Shown here: positions 10,081 through 20,150 of the stretch, one piece after another
How positions within the stretch are numbered: the first letter of the stretch is position 1
Layout of the letters: each line of letters begins with the position of its first letter
Source: Jatrophihabitans sp.
GTDB taxonomy: Bacteria; Actinomycetota; Actinomycetes; Mycobacteriales; Jatrophihabitantaceae
NCBI GenBank assembly: GCA_051000605.1
Contig: JBPCOE010000118.1
Coordinates: forward strand, 16,682 to 80,681
DNA length: 64,000 nt
Direction of reading: 5' to 3'
The notes under the pieces: generated by a model
What the model was told of the DNA's origin: nothing
Seen by the model: the letters and a program-made list of their open reading frames with translations, nothing else
The model's database searches: none
Program-made: the position numbers and the translations under genes

Positions 10081-10277
10081 GACTGTCGCGTCTGTCGCGT
10101 GTCGTGTTGCTGGTGGTCGTTGCCTTCGCTGTGGCTGGCTGCACGTCGAGCGGTAACGGCGTCGGCGCCATCGGCCCGGTCCAGCGTTTCCACGCCGAGA
10201 CTGCGGTCACTGCGCCGCCGGTCGAGGGCAGTGGCGTAGGTGCCGGCGCCTGCGCCATGGCAGAGTCCGGTTCGTGA
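10077..10277 (+). CDS. small putative lipoprotein, possibly truncated
   Basis: MRLSRLSRVVLLVVVAFAVAGC signal peptide with lipobox; GTGA overlap with the nitroreductase. Confidence 0.4.
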   Translation: MRLSRLSRVVLLVVVAFAVAGCTSSGNGVGAIGPVQRFHAETAVTAPPVEGSGVGAGACAMAESGS

Positions 10278-10867
10278 GTGACGCAGGTGACCGGCTTCTC
10301 CATCCCTTGCTGGCCACCCGGTGGAGCCCGACCACGTTTGACGTGGCGGCTCAGATCATCAGCGCCGCCGAGGTCGAATCCCTGTTGGAAGCTGCGCGGT
10401 GGGCTCCTTCGGCGGGGAACTCGCAGCCGTGGGCTTTCATCGTGGGCCGTCGTGGCGAGCCAGACCATGATCGACTCGCGCGTCATCTGGCCAAGAGTTC
10501 TGGGGCGTGGGCACCGACAGCGGGCCTGCTGGTCGCCAACCTGTCGCATCGATTCGTCATGGACACGGACTGGGACTACTCCGAGTTCTCGATCTACGAC
10601 CTAGGGCAAGCCGTCGCGCACATGACCTTTCAAGCCCAGTCTCTGGGTCTGTCCGTACGCCAGTTCCGCGCTTTCGACCGCGAGGGTATCGCCGCCGAGT
10701 TCGACGTGCCACCACACTGGGAGGTGACCACCATGTCGGCGATCGGGCGGGCATCCGCTGAGGGCTCGCGAGACGCGGCGACCCCTCTCGACGGGGAACA
10801 TCCCTCCCGCGACCGAAGACCAGTCACTGACGTCCGCTGGCCTCAGGCTGCTCGCGACCTCCGGTAA
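10274..10867 (+). CDS. nitroreductase family protein
   Basis: RWSP..FD, EAARWAPSAGNSQPW motifs. Confidence 0.9.
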   Translation: MSDAGDRLLHPLLATRWSPTTFDVAAQIISAAEVESLLEAARWAPSAGNSQPWAFIVGRRGEPDHDRLARHLAKSSGAWAPTAGLLVANLSHRFVMDTDWDYSEFSIYDLGQAVAHMTFQAQSLGLSVRQFRAFDREGIAAEFDVPPHWEVTTMSAIGRASAEGSRDAATPLDGEHPSRDRRPVTDVRWPQAARDLR

Positions 10868-11168
10868 CCGATCGCACCAGCCGCCGTGTGAGAGAGCGTC
10901 GGCGTGCGCTGAGGCTCATCGCATGGCTCGCAGTGCCGCGATGACGGCGGTGGTGATCAACTCAAGCGCATCAGGCGCATGGAGCGCCGCGGTCTGCTCA
11001 CCCGAGCCGGCCATCAAGGCGGCGACGCCACCATCACCCTCTGGCCCTAGCCACCATCGCCGCCAGGGTGGTCGACCACTTCGCCGGCGAGAGCTGGTGA
11101 CCAGATCGTTCCGCCGCCCGGCCTGATCAGGTCTGGTCGTGGACCGAACGAGGCTGCACGCTGGCGGT

Positions 11169-11717
11169 ATGACCACTGCACTGCTTGTCATCGACGCGCA
11201 GGAGTCCTTCCGTCAGCGGGAGGACTGGGCGCAGATCTCCGCCCCAGACATCGCTGCCCGGATCGCACGGCTCGTCGAGCATGCCCGCGCCCGCGGGGAC
11301 GACGTCGTCTGGGTGCTGCACACCGAACCCGGCACGGGTAGCTTCTTCGACCCTGAGCAGGGTCTGGTGCAGCTCCTGCCGGGCCTGAACCCCCGAGACG
11401 CCGAGCTGGTCATACGAAAGACGAGCCACAACGCGTTCACCACCACCAACCTTGCCCAGCACCTCACCAGCAAAGGGGTGAGCCAGGTGGTGATCACGGG
11501 TATCCGTACGGAGCAGTGCTGCGAGACGACGGCCCGGGTGGCCAGCGACCTCGGCTACGCGGTGCGCTTCGTCCTGGACGCCACCGCGACCCATCCGCTG
11601 CCCAGGTGGGACGGCACCGGCACGATCGACGCCGAGGAGGTCGCCCAGCGCACCGCCAGCGCGTTGCAGACGCGTTTCGCCGACGTGGTCACCGTCGCCG
11701 ACGTCCTGGCATCGTGA
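11169..11717 (+). CDS. isochorismatase/cysteine hydrolase family protein
   Basis: ALLVIDAQ, KTSHNAF, GIRTEQCCETTAR (D-K-C triad). Confidence 0.9.
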   Translation: MTTALLVIDAQESFRQREDWAQISAPDIAARIARLVEHARARGDDVVWVLHTEPGTGSFFDPEQGLVQLLPGLNPRDAELVIRKTSHNAFTTTNLAQHLTSKGVSQVVITGIRTEQCCETTARVASDLGYAVRFVLDATATHPLPRWDGTGTIDAEEVAQRTASALQTRFADVVTVADVLAS

Positions 11718-11723
11718 TCGACC

Positions 11724-12677
11724 ATGACCGTCACGGAAGCTGTGAGTACGACCCCGTCCGGCCTGGGCCGAAACCGGACCGTGCTGTTCGTCGTCGCGCC
11801 CGGGGTGCACCTGCTCGATCTCGCCGGCCCGGCGCAGGTCTTCTCCACCGCCGACGACTTCGGCGCAGGGTACGAGGTGGCCTACGTCGGCGAGGCAGAC
11901 GTCGTATCCAGCCATCAGGGGATCGCTCTGTACGCCGGGACCGCCTGGCCAGACCTCGGGCCCGACGACGTGGTCGTGGTGCCGGGTTGGCGGGTCGGTG
12001 ACGGCCCTACGCCGATACCGCTGAGCCGGGAGACCCTCGCCCGGATCGTGGCGCACCACGGCGGCGGCGGTCGGGTGGCGAGCGTGTGCGCGGGAGCTTT
12101 CGCCCTGGCGACGGCGGGGTTGCTGAACGATCGGCGGGCTACCACGCACCACGACGTCCAGGACGAGCTCGCCCGGCGATTCCCCGCGGTGCACGTGGTC
12201 CGCGATGTGCTGTTCGTCGCGGAGGGTCGGGTGCTCACCTCCGCAGGCATCGCCAGCGGGATCGATCTGGCGCTGCACCTGGTCGCGAGCGACCACGGCC
12301 CGGGGCTGGCGGCCCGGACGGCGCGGTCGATGGTCGTGTACACCCGTCGCGACGGCTCGTCCCCACAAGCGAGTGCGATGTTGCGGCATCGCGACCACCT
12401 CGCCGACGTCGTGCACCGTGCGCAGGACATCATCGATGCCGAATTCACCGCACCGATACCCCTCGGCGCCCTCGCCGAGAGGGTGGCAGTGAGTCAACGG
12501 ACGCTGACTCGACTGTTCCGTCAGGCGACCGGAACCACCCCGATGCGTTACCAGCAGGAACTGCGGATGGAACGCGCGGAGCGGCTGGCCTTTCAGGGCT
12601 GGTCGTTGGATGCCGCCGCCCGTGACGTCGGCTTCACAGACGCTCGGATGCTGCGCCGGCTCCGAGCCGCGCGCTGA
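11724..12677 (+). CDS. GlxA/FtrA-type AraC regulator (DJ-1/PfpI domain plus HTH)
   Basis: LLDLAGP, SVCAGAF, TSAGIASGIDLAL, C-terminal AraC HTH. Confidence 0.9.
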   Translation: MTVTEAVSTTPSGLGRNRTVLFVVAPGVHLLDLAGPAQVFSTADDFGAGYEVAYVGEADVVSSHQGIALYAGTAWPDLGPDDVVVVPGWRVGDGPTPIPLSRETLARIVAHHGGGGRVASVCAGAFALATAGLLNDRRATTHHDVQDELARRFPAVHVVRDVLFVAEGRVLTSAGIASGIDLALHLVASDHGPGLAARTARSMVVYTRRDGSSPQASAMLRHRDHLADVVHRAQDIIDAEFTAPIPLGALAERVAVSQRTLTRLFRQATGTTPMRYQQELRMERAERLAFQGWSLDAAARDVGFTDARMLRRLRAAR

Positions 12678-12825
12678 TCCATGTCGTGTCCCGAGGCCGC
12701 GGCCACCCACCAGCGCGGGGGCAGAATGAATTCGAGCCCACCGGCCGGCCCCCTGCACCCTCGAGACAGCACTGCTGCCCGTGCAAGTGACCGGGCGGTC
12801 ACCGCCACGGAACCCGAGGAGGGTC

Positions 12826-13647
12826 ATGCGCGTACTCGTCTCCGTCGACATGGAAGGCGTGGCCGGCGTCGTCGCGCCGGATGACATCAGCCCCGGCCAC
12901 CCGGAGTACGAGCGCAATCGCGCCTATATGACCGACGAGGCCAGCGCCGCCGTCCGCGGCATACTCGCCTACGAGGCCGGGGCGTCGGTCGTCGTCTGTG
13001 ACGCGCACGCTGGCTACCGCAACCTGCTGCCGGACCGCCTCGCCGGCCGCTGCACCCTGTTACGTGGTTCGCCACGGACCCACGGCATGCTGAGCGGGAT
13101 CGACGGCGGCGTCGATGCCGTGTGTCTCATCGGCTACCACGGCAAAGCGGGCACCAGTCGCTCGGTGCTCGCCCACACCATCAGCGGCGGGTCTGTCGCG
13201 CGCGTGCGATGCAACGGCCAGGAACTCGGTGAGATAGGACTCAGCGCTGCCCTGGCCGCGCACTACGGCGCCGTGCCCGTGCTCGCAACGGGTGACGACA
13301 CCCTCGCGCGCGAAGCCGAAGCCGTCGTGCCCGGCATCACGACCGTCGAGGTCAAGCGGGCCTTCGGCAACCGCGCGGCCGAAAGCTTGCACCCCGAAGA
13401 ATCGTGCGCACGAATCGAGGCCGCGGCCGAAACCGCGCTGGCAAGGCGCGCCGACGTCCGCGGGCCGAGATTCGAGGGCGACGTCGATCTCGAGGTCGAC
13501 ATGCTGCGGCCGTTCATGACTGAGCGGGCGTGCCGAATTCCCGGCGTCGAATTGCGCGCACCGCTCACTCTGGGATTCCGCGCCGCCGACTTCCCCGCCG
13601 CGTACGACCTGATCGACGTCTTCACCGTCCTCGCCGCCTCCACTTGA
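12826..13647 (+). CDS. M55 family D-aminopeptidase (DppA-like)
   Basis: SVDMEGVAG, DAH, GYHGKAG, HT metal-binding motifs. Confidence 0.9.
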   Translation: MRVLVSVDMEGVAGVVAPDDISPGHPEYERNRAYMTDEASAAVRGILAYEAGASVVVCDAHAGYRNLLPDRLAGRCTLLRGSPRTHGMLSGIDGGVDAVCLIGYHGKAGTSRSVLAHTISGGSVARVRCNGQELGEIGLSAALAAHYGAVPVLATGDDTLAREAEAVVPGITTVEVKRAFGNRAAESLHPEESCARIEAAAETALARRADVRGPRFEGDVDLEVDMLRPFMTERACRIPGVELRAPLTLGFRAADFPAAYDLIDVFTVLAAST

Positions 13648-13707
13648 CCGTCACCGCAAGCGGATCCTTCGATCTTTCACCGCGACGCGAATGTTCCTAG
13701 TGAGCGG

Positions 13708-13776
13708 GTGCCCCACGGCCGTGCCCTGGAGGCGCTCGATCCTGCGAGGGACGAGGCGCCGACGCGCCAGGTCTGA
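13708..13776 (+). pseudogene. C-terminal remnant of a VapB-like antitoxin
   Basis: VPHGRALEALDPARDEA resembles, from memory, the C-terminus of VapB9-type antitoxins; directly upstream of the PIN gene; N-terminus absent. Confidence 0.4.
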
Positions 13777-13780
13777 GGCC

Positions 13781-14032
13781 GTGGTTGACGCGTCTTCGCT
13801 GGTCGACCTTCTGCTGGACAACGAGCTGGGACGTGCAGTTCGGCGTCGCATCGGCGGCCACTCGCTGCACGCTCCCGCGCACCTCGAATTGCCTGGCACC
13901 TGGGCGCGACGCCACCAACTGCGGCTGGTCGACGCGTTGTATGCCGAGCTGGCCATATCACGACGTGTGCGGCTGGTTACGACCGACATTCGACTGCGCA
14001 CCGCATCGTCCGCGGACCTCATAGTCGTGTGA
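13781..14032 (+). pseudogene. VapC/PIN-domain toxin with internal deletion
   Basis: VVDASSLVDLL, HAPAH, WARR..LRLVDALYAELA, LVTTD.RL; about 83 aa versus about 125-130 expected. Confidence 0.75.
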
Positions 14033-14135
14033 CCAAGGCTGACCGCAATCCGCATACGAACGTCATACCAGCGTCGTTAGTCGTCACCGCGATACCTGCC
14101 ATCGGGCCGCGGACGCCGTGCCCTAGCGTGCAGTA

Positions 14136-15182
14136 ATGCCCGCCGCTGCCGAGACCGCTGCCGAGACCGCTGCCGATATCGCCCGCCACAGTTGGGAGAA
14201 CCCCGGAGCCTTCGAGGTGTCACCGGGCGTCCACCGCATTCCGCTGCCGCTGCCCGGCGACGGGCTCAAGGCGGTCAACGTCTACGTCATCGACGACGGC
14301 GACGAGGTCGTGTTGATCGACGGCGGCTGGGCGCTGGACGAATCGGTCGACCTGCTCGCCACAGGGCTCGAGTCGATCGGGTACGGGCTCGAGCACATCC
14401 GTGAGTTCCTGTGCACCCACCTGCACCGCGACCACTACACGCAGGCGGTCGCCATCCGGCGCACGCACGGCGGCAAGGTCAGCGTGGGCGCGGGTGAGCA
14501 GGCCTGCCTGGACCTGATCCGCACGATCGACCACCACCCGGACGTCGTACGGATGCGGATCGCCGGTGCTACGGAAATCGCCCACGAGCTCGCCGCCGTC
14601 ACCGGCGAACACGATCTCACGAACTGGGAAGACCCCGACCGCTGGCTGCCGAACGGACTCGACATCGAGCTGACGACGCGCACCCTGCGCGTGATCGAGA
14701 CTCCCGGGCACACGCGCGGCCACGTCGTGTTCCACGACCCGAAGAACAACGCCCTGTTCGCCGGCGATCACGTCCTGCCCCACATCACGCCGTCCATCGG
14801 TGTCGAAATCAACCGGCCACCGTCCCCGTTGCGCGACTACCTCAGCTCGCTGGAACTCGTCCGCGCGATGCCCGACAGCCGTCTGTTCCCGGCGCACGGG
14901 CCGGTCGCGGACTCCGTTCACGACCGCATCGATGAATTGCTCGCGCACCACGGGGAGCGGCTCGCCGACACCGCGGCCGCGGTGGCGAAGGGAGCAGCGA
15001 CCGGATTCGAGGCCGCCCGTGCTCTGAGTTGGACGCGTCGCAAGCGGCGCTACGACGACATGGACTTCTTCAACCGGATCCTCGCCGTGCACGAGACGAT
15101 GGCCCACCTCGCCGTCCTCGTCGAGCGCGGCGTGCTCACGCGCTCCGACGTCGATGGGGTGGCACACTTCGCCGTTCGGTGA
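14136..15182 (+). CDS. MBL-fold metallo-hydrolase
   Basis: THLHRDHY, TPGHTRGH, GDHVLPHITP, PAHG motifs. Confidence 0.9.
   Translation: MPAAAETAAETAADIARHSWENPGAFEVSPGVHRIPLPLPGDGLKAVNVYVIDDGDEVVLIDGGWALDESVDLLATGLESIGYGLEHIREFLCTHLHRDHYTQAVAIRRTHGGKVSVGAGEQACLDLIRTIDHHPDVVRMRIAGATEIAHELAAVTGEHDLTNWEDPDRWLPNGLDIELTTRTLRVIETPGHTRGHVVFHDPKNNALFAGDHVLPHITPSIGVEINRPPSPLRDYLSSLELVRAMPDSRLFPAHGPVADSVHDRIDELLAHHGERLADTAAAVAKGAATGFEAARALSWTRRKRRYDDMDFFNRILAVHETMAHLAVLVERGVLTRSDVDGVAHFAVR
14143..14178 (+). repeat. 12-bp tandem repeat x3 (ccgctgccgaga)
   Basis: Two exact copies plus one single-mismatch copy; encodes AAET repeats. Confidence 0.85.
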
Positions 15183-15231
15183 TGTGCTGACCGCAAGCTC
15201 TTTTCACACCCTGACTGAGGAGTCCCAAACC

Positions 15232-16794
15232 GTGGCTGAGTTCGACTACATCATCGTCGGGGCCGGCTCGGCCGGTTGCGTGCTCGCCAACCGCCTGAGC
15301 GCGGACCCCGCAACGCGCGTCGCCATCGTCGAAGCCGGGCCGCGTGACCTCAAGCTCGAGATCAAGATGCCGGCAGCGTTCACCAAGCTTTTCCACACCA
15401 AGTACGACTGGGACCTGTTCACGACGTCCCAGCCCGAACTCAAGGCTCGCGAGTTGTACTGGCCACGCGGTAGGACGCTCGGCGGTTCGTCGTCGCTGAA
15501 CGCGCAGATGTGGGTGCGAGGCGCGCGGGCCGACTACGACCGGTGGGCCGAATCGGCGCCGGGGTGGTCCTATGACGACGTGCTGCCCTACTTCCATCGC
15601 GCCGAGAACCGTGTCGGCAGCAACAACGGCGACGTCTATGGAGTCGGCGGCCCGCTGTGGATCGAGGAGCTGCGGGACCCGAACCCGCTGCGGGCCTCGT
15701 TCTTCGAGGCGTGCGCCGAGGCCGGCTTCAGCAGGTTGTCCGAACTCAACGAGCCCGAAATTGGCGGGTACGCCCCCACTCCGGTCACCCAGCACCGCGG
15801 GCGTCGCTGGTCGGCTGCGGACGGCTACCTGCGCGCCGCCCTCAAGCGCGACAACGTCACGCTGTTCGTCAACGCCCTCACCGAGCGGCTGGTGCTGCGC
15901 GGTGACCGCGTCACCGGGGTGGTGATCCGGCCTGCGAAGGGTTCCGCGCAGACGCTGACGGCGACGCGCGAGGTACTCGTCAGCGCCGGCGCAGTCCATT
16001 CCCCCCACCTGCTGCAGCTGTCCGGCATCGGCGACCCGGAGACGCTCAAGGCCGCCGCGGTGACGCCGACGGTGACCAACGAGGCCGTGGGCCGCGGCCT
16101 GCAGGACCACCTCTCGACGCCGACGGTCATGTTCACCCGCGACGCCACCACGCTCGTCGACGCCGAGAAACCGATCAACCTGGTCAAGTTCCTCACCCAG
16201 CGAAAGGGGATGCTCACCTCGAACGTCGGCGAGGGCGTGCTGTTCGGCCGCTCCGACCCCGGGCTGGAACATCCGGACCTGGAGTTCATCTTCGCTCCGG
16301 TGCCGTTCATCAACCACGGTCAGAACGAGCCCGAAGGGCACGGCATCACGATCGGTGTCGTGCTGTTGCAGCCCGAGTCGACGGGCAGCGTGACGCTGCG
16401 CTCAGCGGATCCGAGCGCCCCGCCGGTCATCGAGGCCGGGTACCTCTCCGACAGCCGCGACCTTGAGCGGCTCGTCCGTGGCGTGGCCCAGGCCCAGGCG
16501 CTGTTCGCGACGACCGCGCTGCGCAATTCGGTCGCCGACCCGATGCTGCCGACCGGCGAGCAGACCGATCTCGTCGAGCACGTCCGCTCGTCGTCCGAGA
16601 CTCTGTACCACCCGACGGGGACGTGCCGGATGGGGTGCGATGAAGCCTCGGTCGTGGACGAGCAACTGCGGGTTCGCGGCGTCGAGGGCTTGCGGGTGGT
16701 GGACGCGTCCGTGATGCCGCACATCATCCGCGGGCACACCCACGCGCCGACGGTGATGATCGCCGAGAAGGCGGCGGATCTGATCCGGGGGTAA
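15232..16794 (+). CDS. GMC family oxidoreductase (choline dehydrogenase-like)
   Basis: GAGSAG, GRTLGGSSSLN, YHPTGTCRMG, GLRVVDASVMP motifs. Confidence 0.93.
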   Translation: MAEFDYIIVGAGSAGCVLANRLSADPATRVAIVEAGPRDLKLEIKMPAAFTKLFHTKYDWDLFTTSQPELKARELYWPRGRTLGGSSSLNAQMWVRGARADYDRWAESAPGWSYDDVLPYFHRAENRVGSNNGDVYGVGGPLWIEELRDPNPLRASFFEACAEAGFSRLSELNEPEIGGYAPTPVTQHRGRRWSAADGYLRAALKRDNVTLFVNALTERLVLRGDRVTGVVIRPAKGSAQTLTATREVLVSAGAVHSPHLLQLSGIGDPETLKAAAVTPTVTNEAVGRGLQDHLSTPTVMFTRDATTLVDAEKPINLVKFLTQRKGMLTSNVGEGVLFGRSDPGLEHPDLEFIFAPVPFINHGQNEPEGHGITIGVVLLQPESTGSVTLRSADPSAPPVIEAGYLSDSRDLERLVRGVAQAQALFATTALRNSVADPMLPTGEQTDLVEHVRSSSETLYHPTGTCRMGCDEASVVDEQLRVRGVEGLRVVDASVMPHIIRGHTHAPTVMIAEKAADLIRG

Positions 16795-16823
16795 CGCGGG
16801 GCGCCTGCTTCGGTCGAGTCGGG

Positions 16824-18176
16824 TCAGACGGAGCCGACGACGCCTGCGAGACGGTTCGCGACGACGTCCGCGTGCTCCTGGGTGCCGGCCTCGACCATGA
16901 CCCGGACGAGCTGTTCGGTGCCCGACGGCCGCAGCAGCACCCGCCCGGACTCCCCGAGCTCGGTCTCGGCCTCGGTGATCGCGGCGCAGACCAAGCCTGA
17001 TGCCGCGACCGCGCCGCGATCGCCGACCCGGACGTTGATCAGCGTCTGCGGCAGGCGGTGCACGACGCCTGCGAGCTCGGCGAGCGGCGATCCGGTGGCC
17101 GCCATTCGCGCCATCACGTGCAGCGCGGTCAGCAGACCGTCGCCGGTGGTGGCGGCATCGGTGAACACGATGTGGCCGCTCTGCTCGCCGCCGAGGCTGA
17201 GATCCTTGGCCCGCAGGGCCTCCAGCACGTATCGGTCGCCGACGCCGGTGGTCAGGACCTCGATTCCCGCCGCGCGCATGGCGTGGTGGAAGCCGAGGTT
17301 GCTCATCACGGTCGCGACCACCGTCTCGGCGTTCAGCCGATGGCCGTCGCGCAACGCGAGAGCGCAGATCGCGAGCAGCTGGTCACCGTCGACGACGCCA
17401 CCGCCGGCGTCGACGGCGAGGCACCGGTCTGCGTCGCCGTCATGGGCGATGCCGAGGTGCGCGCCGGATCGCCGGACGGCCTCGACCAGACCGTCCAGAT
17501 GCGTCGAGCCGACGCCGTCGTTGATGTTGAGGCCGTCGGGGTCGGCCGCGATCGTCGTGACCTGCGCGCCCGCCCCGCGGTAGATGTCGGGCGCGACGAA
17601 GGACGCGGCACCGTTCGCGCAGTCGACGACGAGGTGCAGGCCGTCCAGCCGCGTGGGCTGCGCGTTGAGCAGGTGCGCGCCGTAGCGCTCGATCGCATCG
17701 TCTGCGCTGCGCAGCCGCCCGATCCGCGCCCCGGTGGGCCGCGCGCCCGGACCGGCGGCGACGGCGGACTCGATCTCGGCCTCGAGGTCGTCGGGCAGCT
17801 TGTGCCCGCCGGGCCCGAAGAGCTTGATGCCGTTGTCGGGCATGGGGTTGTGCGATGCCGACAGCACCACACCGACGTCCGCGCCGTAGGAGCCGGTGAG
17901 GAACGCGACTGCGGGCGTGGGCAGCACGCCCACGAGCAGGACGTCCGCGCCGGCCGAGGTCAGGCCGGCGACGACCGCGGCTTCCAGCATCTCGCCGCTG
18001 GCCCGGGGATCGCGCCCCACCACCGCCACCGGCCGGTGGGACGCGTCGTGGGCGACCAGGACTCGCGCCGCCGCGCCCGCGACTGCGAGCGCGAGTTCCG
18101 GGGTCAGGTCCGCGTTGGCCAGACCCCGAACCCCGTCCGTCCCGAACAATTTGATGCTCTTCGCGCGAGCGCTCAT
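16824..18176 (-). CDS. glmM: phosphoglucosamine mutase
   Basis: [28 protein letters not shown] motifs. Confidence 0.97.
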   Translation of the reverse strand: MSARAKSIKLFGTDGVRGLANADLTPELALAVAGAAARVLVAHDASHRPVAVVGRDPRASGEMLEAAVVAGLTSAGADVLLVGVLPTPAVAFLTGSYGADVGVVLSASHNPMPDNGIKLFGPGGHKLPDDLEAEIESAVAAGPGARPTGARIGRLRSADDAIERYGAHLLNAQPTRLDGLHLVVDCANGAASFVAPDIYRGAGAQVTTIAADPDGLNINDGVGSTHLDGLVEAVRRSGAHLGIAHDGDADRCLAVDAGGGVVDGDQLLAICALALRDGHRLNAETVVATVMSNLGFHHAMRAAGIEVLTTGVGDRYVLEALRAKDLSLGGEQSGHIVFTDAATTGDGLLTALHVMARMAATGSPLAELAGVVHRLPQTLINVRVGDRGAVAASGLVCAAITEAETELGESGRVLLRPSGTEQLVRVMVEAGTQEHADVVANRLAGVVGSV

Positions 18177-18230
18177 CGGTTGGCTCGCTCCGCTTCGCGC
18201 TCGCTGGCGCTCGCTGCGATGCTCACTCGC
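18156..18230 (-). repeat. MIRU-like interspersed element, copy J1 (rpsI-glmM)
   Basis: 18199-18228 is 28/30 identical to 41514-41543; 18156-18178 is identical to 54839-54861. Confidence 0.85.
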
Positions 18231-18241
18231 GATTCACAAAC

Positions 18242-18640
18242 TCAACGCTTGCTGTACTGCGGAGCCTTACGGGCCTTCTTCAGGCCGTACTTCTTGCGTT
18301 CCTTGACCCGCGGGTCGCGGGTGAGGAAGCCGGCTTTCTTGAGCGCCGGGCGGTCGTCGGGCTCGAGGTTGATCAGCGCCCGCGAGATGGCAAGACGCAG
18401 CGCACCGGCCTGCCCGCTGATGCCGCCGCCGATGAGACTGGCGAGAATGTCGAACTGGTCGACCTTCTCGAGGGTCACGAACGGCTCGCGGATGAGCTGC
18501 TGGTGGACCTTGTTCGGGAAGTAGGCCTCGAGCGTGCGGCCGTTGAGGGTGAACTGGCCGGTGCCCGGGATCAACCGGACGCGGACGATGGCTTCCTTGC
18601 GACGGCCGACAACGGGCGCGGTGGGGCTGGATGCGGTCAT
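18242..18640 (-). CDS. rpsI: 30S ribosomal protein S9
   Basis: [28 protein letters not shown]. Confidence 0.98.
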   Translation of the reverse strand: MTASSPTAPVVGRRKEAIVRVRLIPGTGQFTLNGRTLEAYFPNKVHQQLIREPFVTLEKVDQFDILASLIGGGISGQAGALRLAISRALINLEPDDRPALKKAGFLTRDPRVKERKKYGLKKARKAPQYSKR

Positions 18641-18717
18641 TTGACAACCTCGTTCTTCGCGCAAGCGCTCATCGCTTCGATCCTCGCTCGCGGGCGCTCG
18701 CTTCGATTATCACTCAC
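18637..18717 (-). repeat. MIRU-like element J2 (rplM-rpsI) carrying mini-[29 protein letters not shown]
   Basis: Contains GATGAGCGCTTGCGCGAAGAAC module; GTGA overlap upstream and ATGA overlap downstream. Confidence 0.8.
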
Positions 18718-19175
18718 TGGGACACCTGCTTGATCTCGAACGGCTGCGGCTTCTGCGCCGCGTGCGGATGGGCGGGGCCGGCGTAGACCTTCAGCTTCTT
18801 GAGCTGGGCACGGCCGAGGGTGTTCTTGGGGAGCATGCCGCGCACGGCCAGTTCGATGACGCGTTCGGGCTTGGTCTCGAGAAGTTCACCCACGGTGCGC
18901 TTGGACAACCCGCCGGGGTAACCCGAGTGGCGGTAGCGGAACTCGTTGAGCTTCGCGCCGGTGAGCGCGACCTTCTCGGCGTTGACGACGATGACGAAGT
19001 CGCCGGTGTCGACGTGCAGGGCGAACTGCGGCTTGTGCTTGCCGCGCAACAGCGCGGCGGCCTGGCTGGCGAGCCGGCCCAGGACGATGTCGTTGGCGTC
19101 GATGACGTGCCAGTGCCGCTCGATCTCACCCGGCTTCGGGGTGTACGTGCCCTTGTTGAGGGTACTGCGGGGCAT
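18714..19175 (-). CDS. rplM: 50S ribosomal protein L13
   Basis: WHVIDA, LGRLAS, HSGYPGG, GMLPKN. Confidence 0.98.
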   Translation of the reverse strand: MPRSTLNKGTYTPKPGEIERHWHVIDANDIVLGRLASQAAALLRGKHKPQFALHVDTGDFVIVVNAEKVALTGAKLNEFRYRHSGYPGGLSKRTVGELLETKPERVIELAVRGMLPKNTLGRAQLKKLKVYAGPAHPHAAQKPQPFEIKQVSQ

Positions 19176-19436
19176 GGTTGGCTCTCTTCGATCGGTCTTC
19201 ACGCGGATGCGCCCCCGCGGTCACCACCGACTGTGTCGGCGTGTACCCCGGGGCATGGCCGGGACGTGCGCATGAGTTCGCACGCCGATGCACGACACTA
19301 CCGGCCCGTGAACGAGGGCTCCAAATCACGCACGCCGCGCGCGCACCCGGAACACGAACACACGCGGCTCGTTACCCTGATCGAAACGGCAACAGCCGGC
19401 GTCAAGCGACGCAAGCGGTACGAACAGAGGTGAGGC

Positions 19437-20141
19437 GTGCAAGGCGTGCACAGGAAGGTGACCCGGGGCGGCGCGAACCAGGACCGGCTGGACGCTTCCC
19501 CGGTCCTCGAGCGCATCGGCTGGGTCCCGTTGGCGTGCCTCATCGGTGCGATCGTCCTCGCCTCCGTCGCCGGCATCACCTGGAACACGTCGCCCTACTA
19601 CGGCCGCAACGACAAGGTCCAGTCCGCCGCGAAGCCCCAGGCCGTCCCCGTCCAGGCCGGCAAATACCTCGTCACGCTCGCACCGAACCGCATCGACATC
19701 CCGACGCTGAGGGCCTCGGCCCCGATCGTCGACGTGGGCACGACGCCGGACCGCGAGCTCGAAATCCCCGTGAACCCACGGATCGCGGGTTGGTGGAGTC
19801 CCGGGGCGCAGCCGGGCGCGAAGGTCGGCACCGCCATCATCGCCGGGCACATCAACTATGCCGGTGTAACCGGCACGTTCGCGAACATCGGCAAGCTGCA
19901 TCCGGGCGACATCGTGAACGTCTACGGCAAGCAGAACGCAACGAAGGCGATGGTCGAGTTCAAGGTCACAGGGGTCCGCAACTACAAGAAGACCGCGCTG
20001 CCGTACCAGCAGATCTTCGACCAGAAGAGCGTCGGCCGGCTGGCGCTCGTCACCTGCGGCGGCGCGTTCGACACATCCACGGGGAGCTACCTCGAGAACA
20101 TCGTTGTCTTCGCCGTTCCCGTGACCAGCAAGACCCTCTGA
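19437..20141 (+). CDS. class F sortase
   Basis: N-terminal TM; AGWW..G..PG, AGH, LVTCGG.FD...Y.EN motifs. Confidence 0.88.
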   Translation: MQGVHRKVTRGGANQDRLDASPVLERIGWVPLACLIGAIVLASVAGITWNTSPYYGRNDKVQSAAKPQAVPVQAGKYLVTLAPNRIDIPTLRASAPIVDVGTTPDRELEIPVNPRIAGWWSPGAQPGAKVGTAIIAGHINYAGVTGTFANIGKLHPGDIVNVYGKQNATKAMVEFKVTGVRNYKKTALPYQQIFDQKSVGRLALVTCGGAFDTSTGSYLENIVVFAVPVTSKTL

Positions 20142-20150
20142 GGTCGCCCT

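Noticed and set aside
10868-11168. Intergenic stretch and ORF 10916-11191 as a possible gene or ncRNA
   Set aside because: No motif, repeat or convincing structure was identified.
18640-18664. N-terminal extensions proposed by the ORF track (rpsI MREERGCQ, rpsG 379 aa, rplD 409 aa, rpsE, secY, anti-sigma)
   Set aside because: Longest-ORF artefacts; conserved N-termini and stop/start overlaps point to downstream starts.
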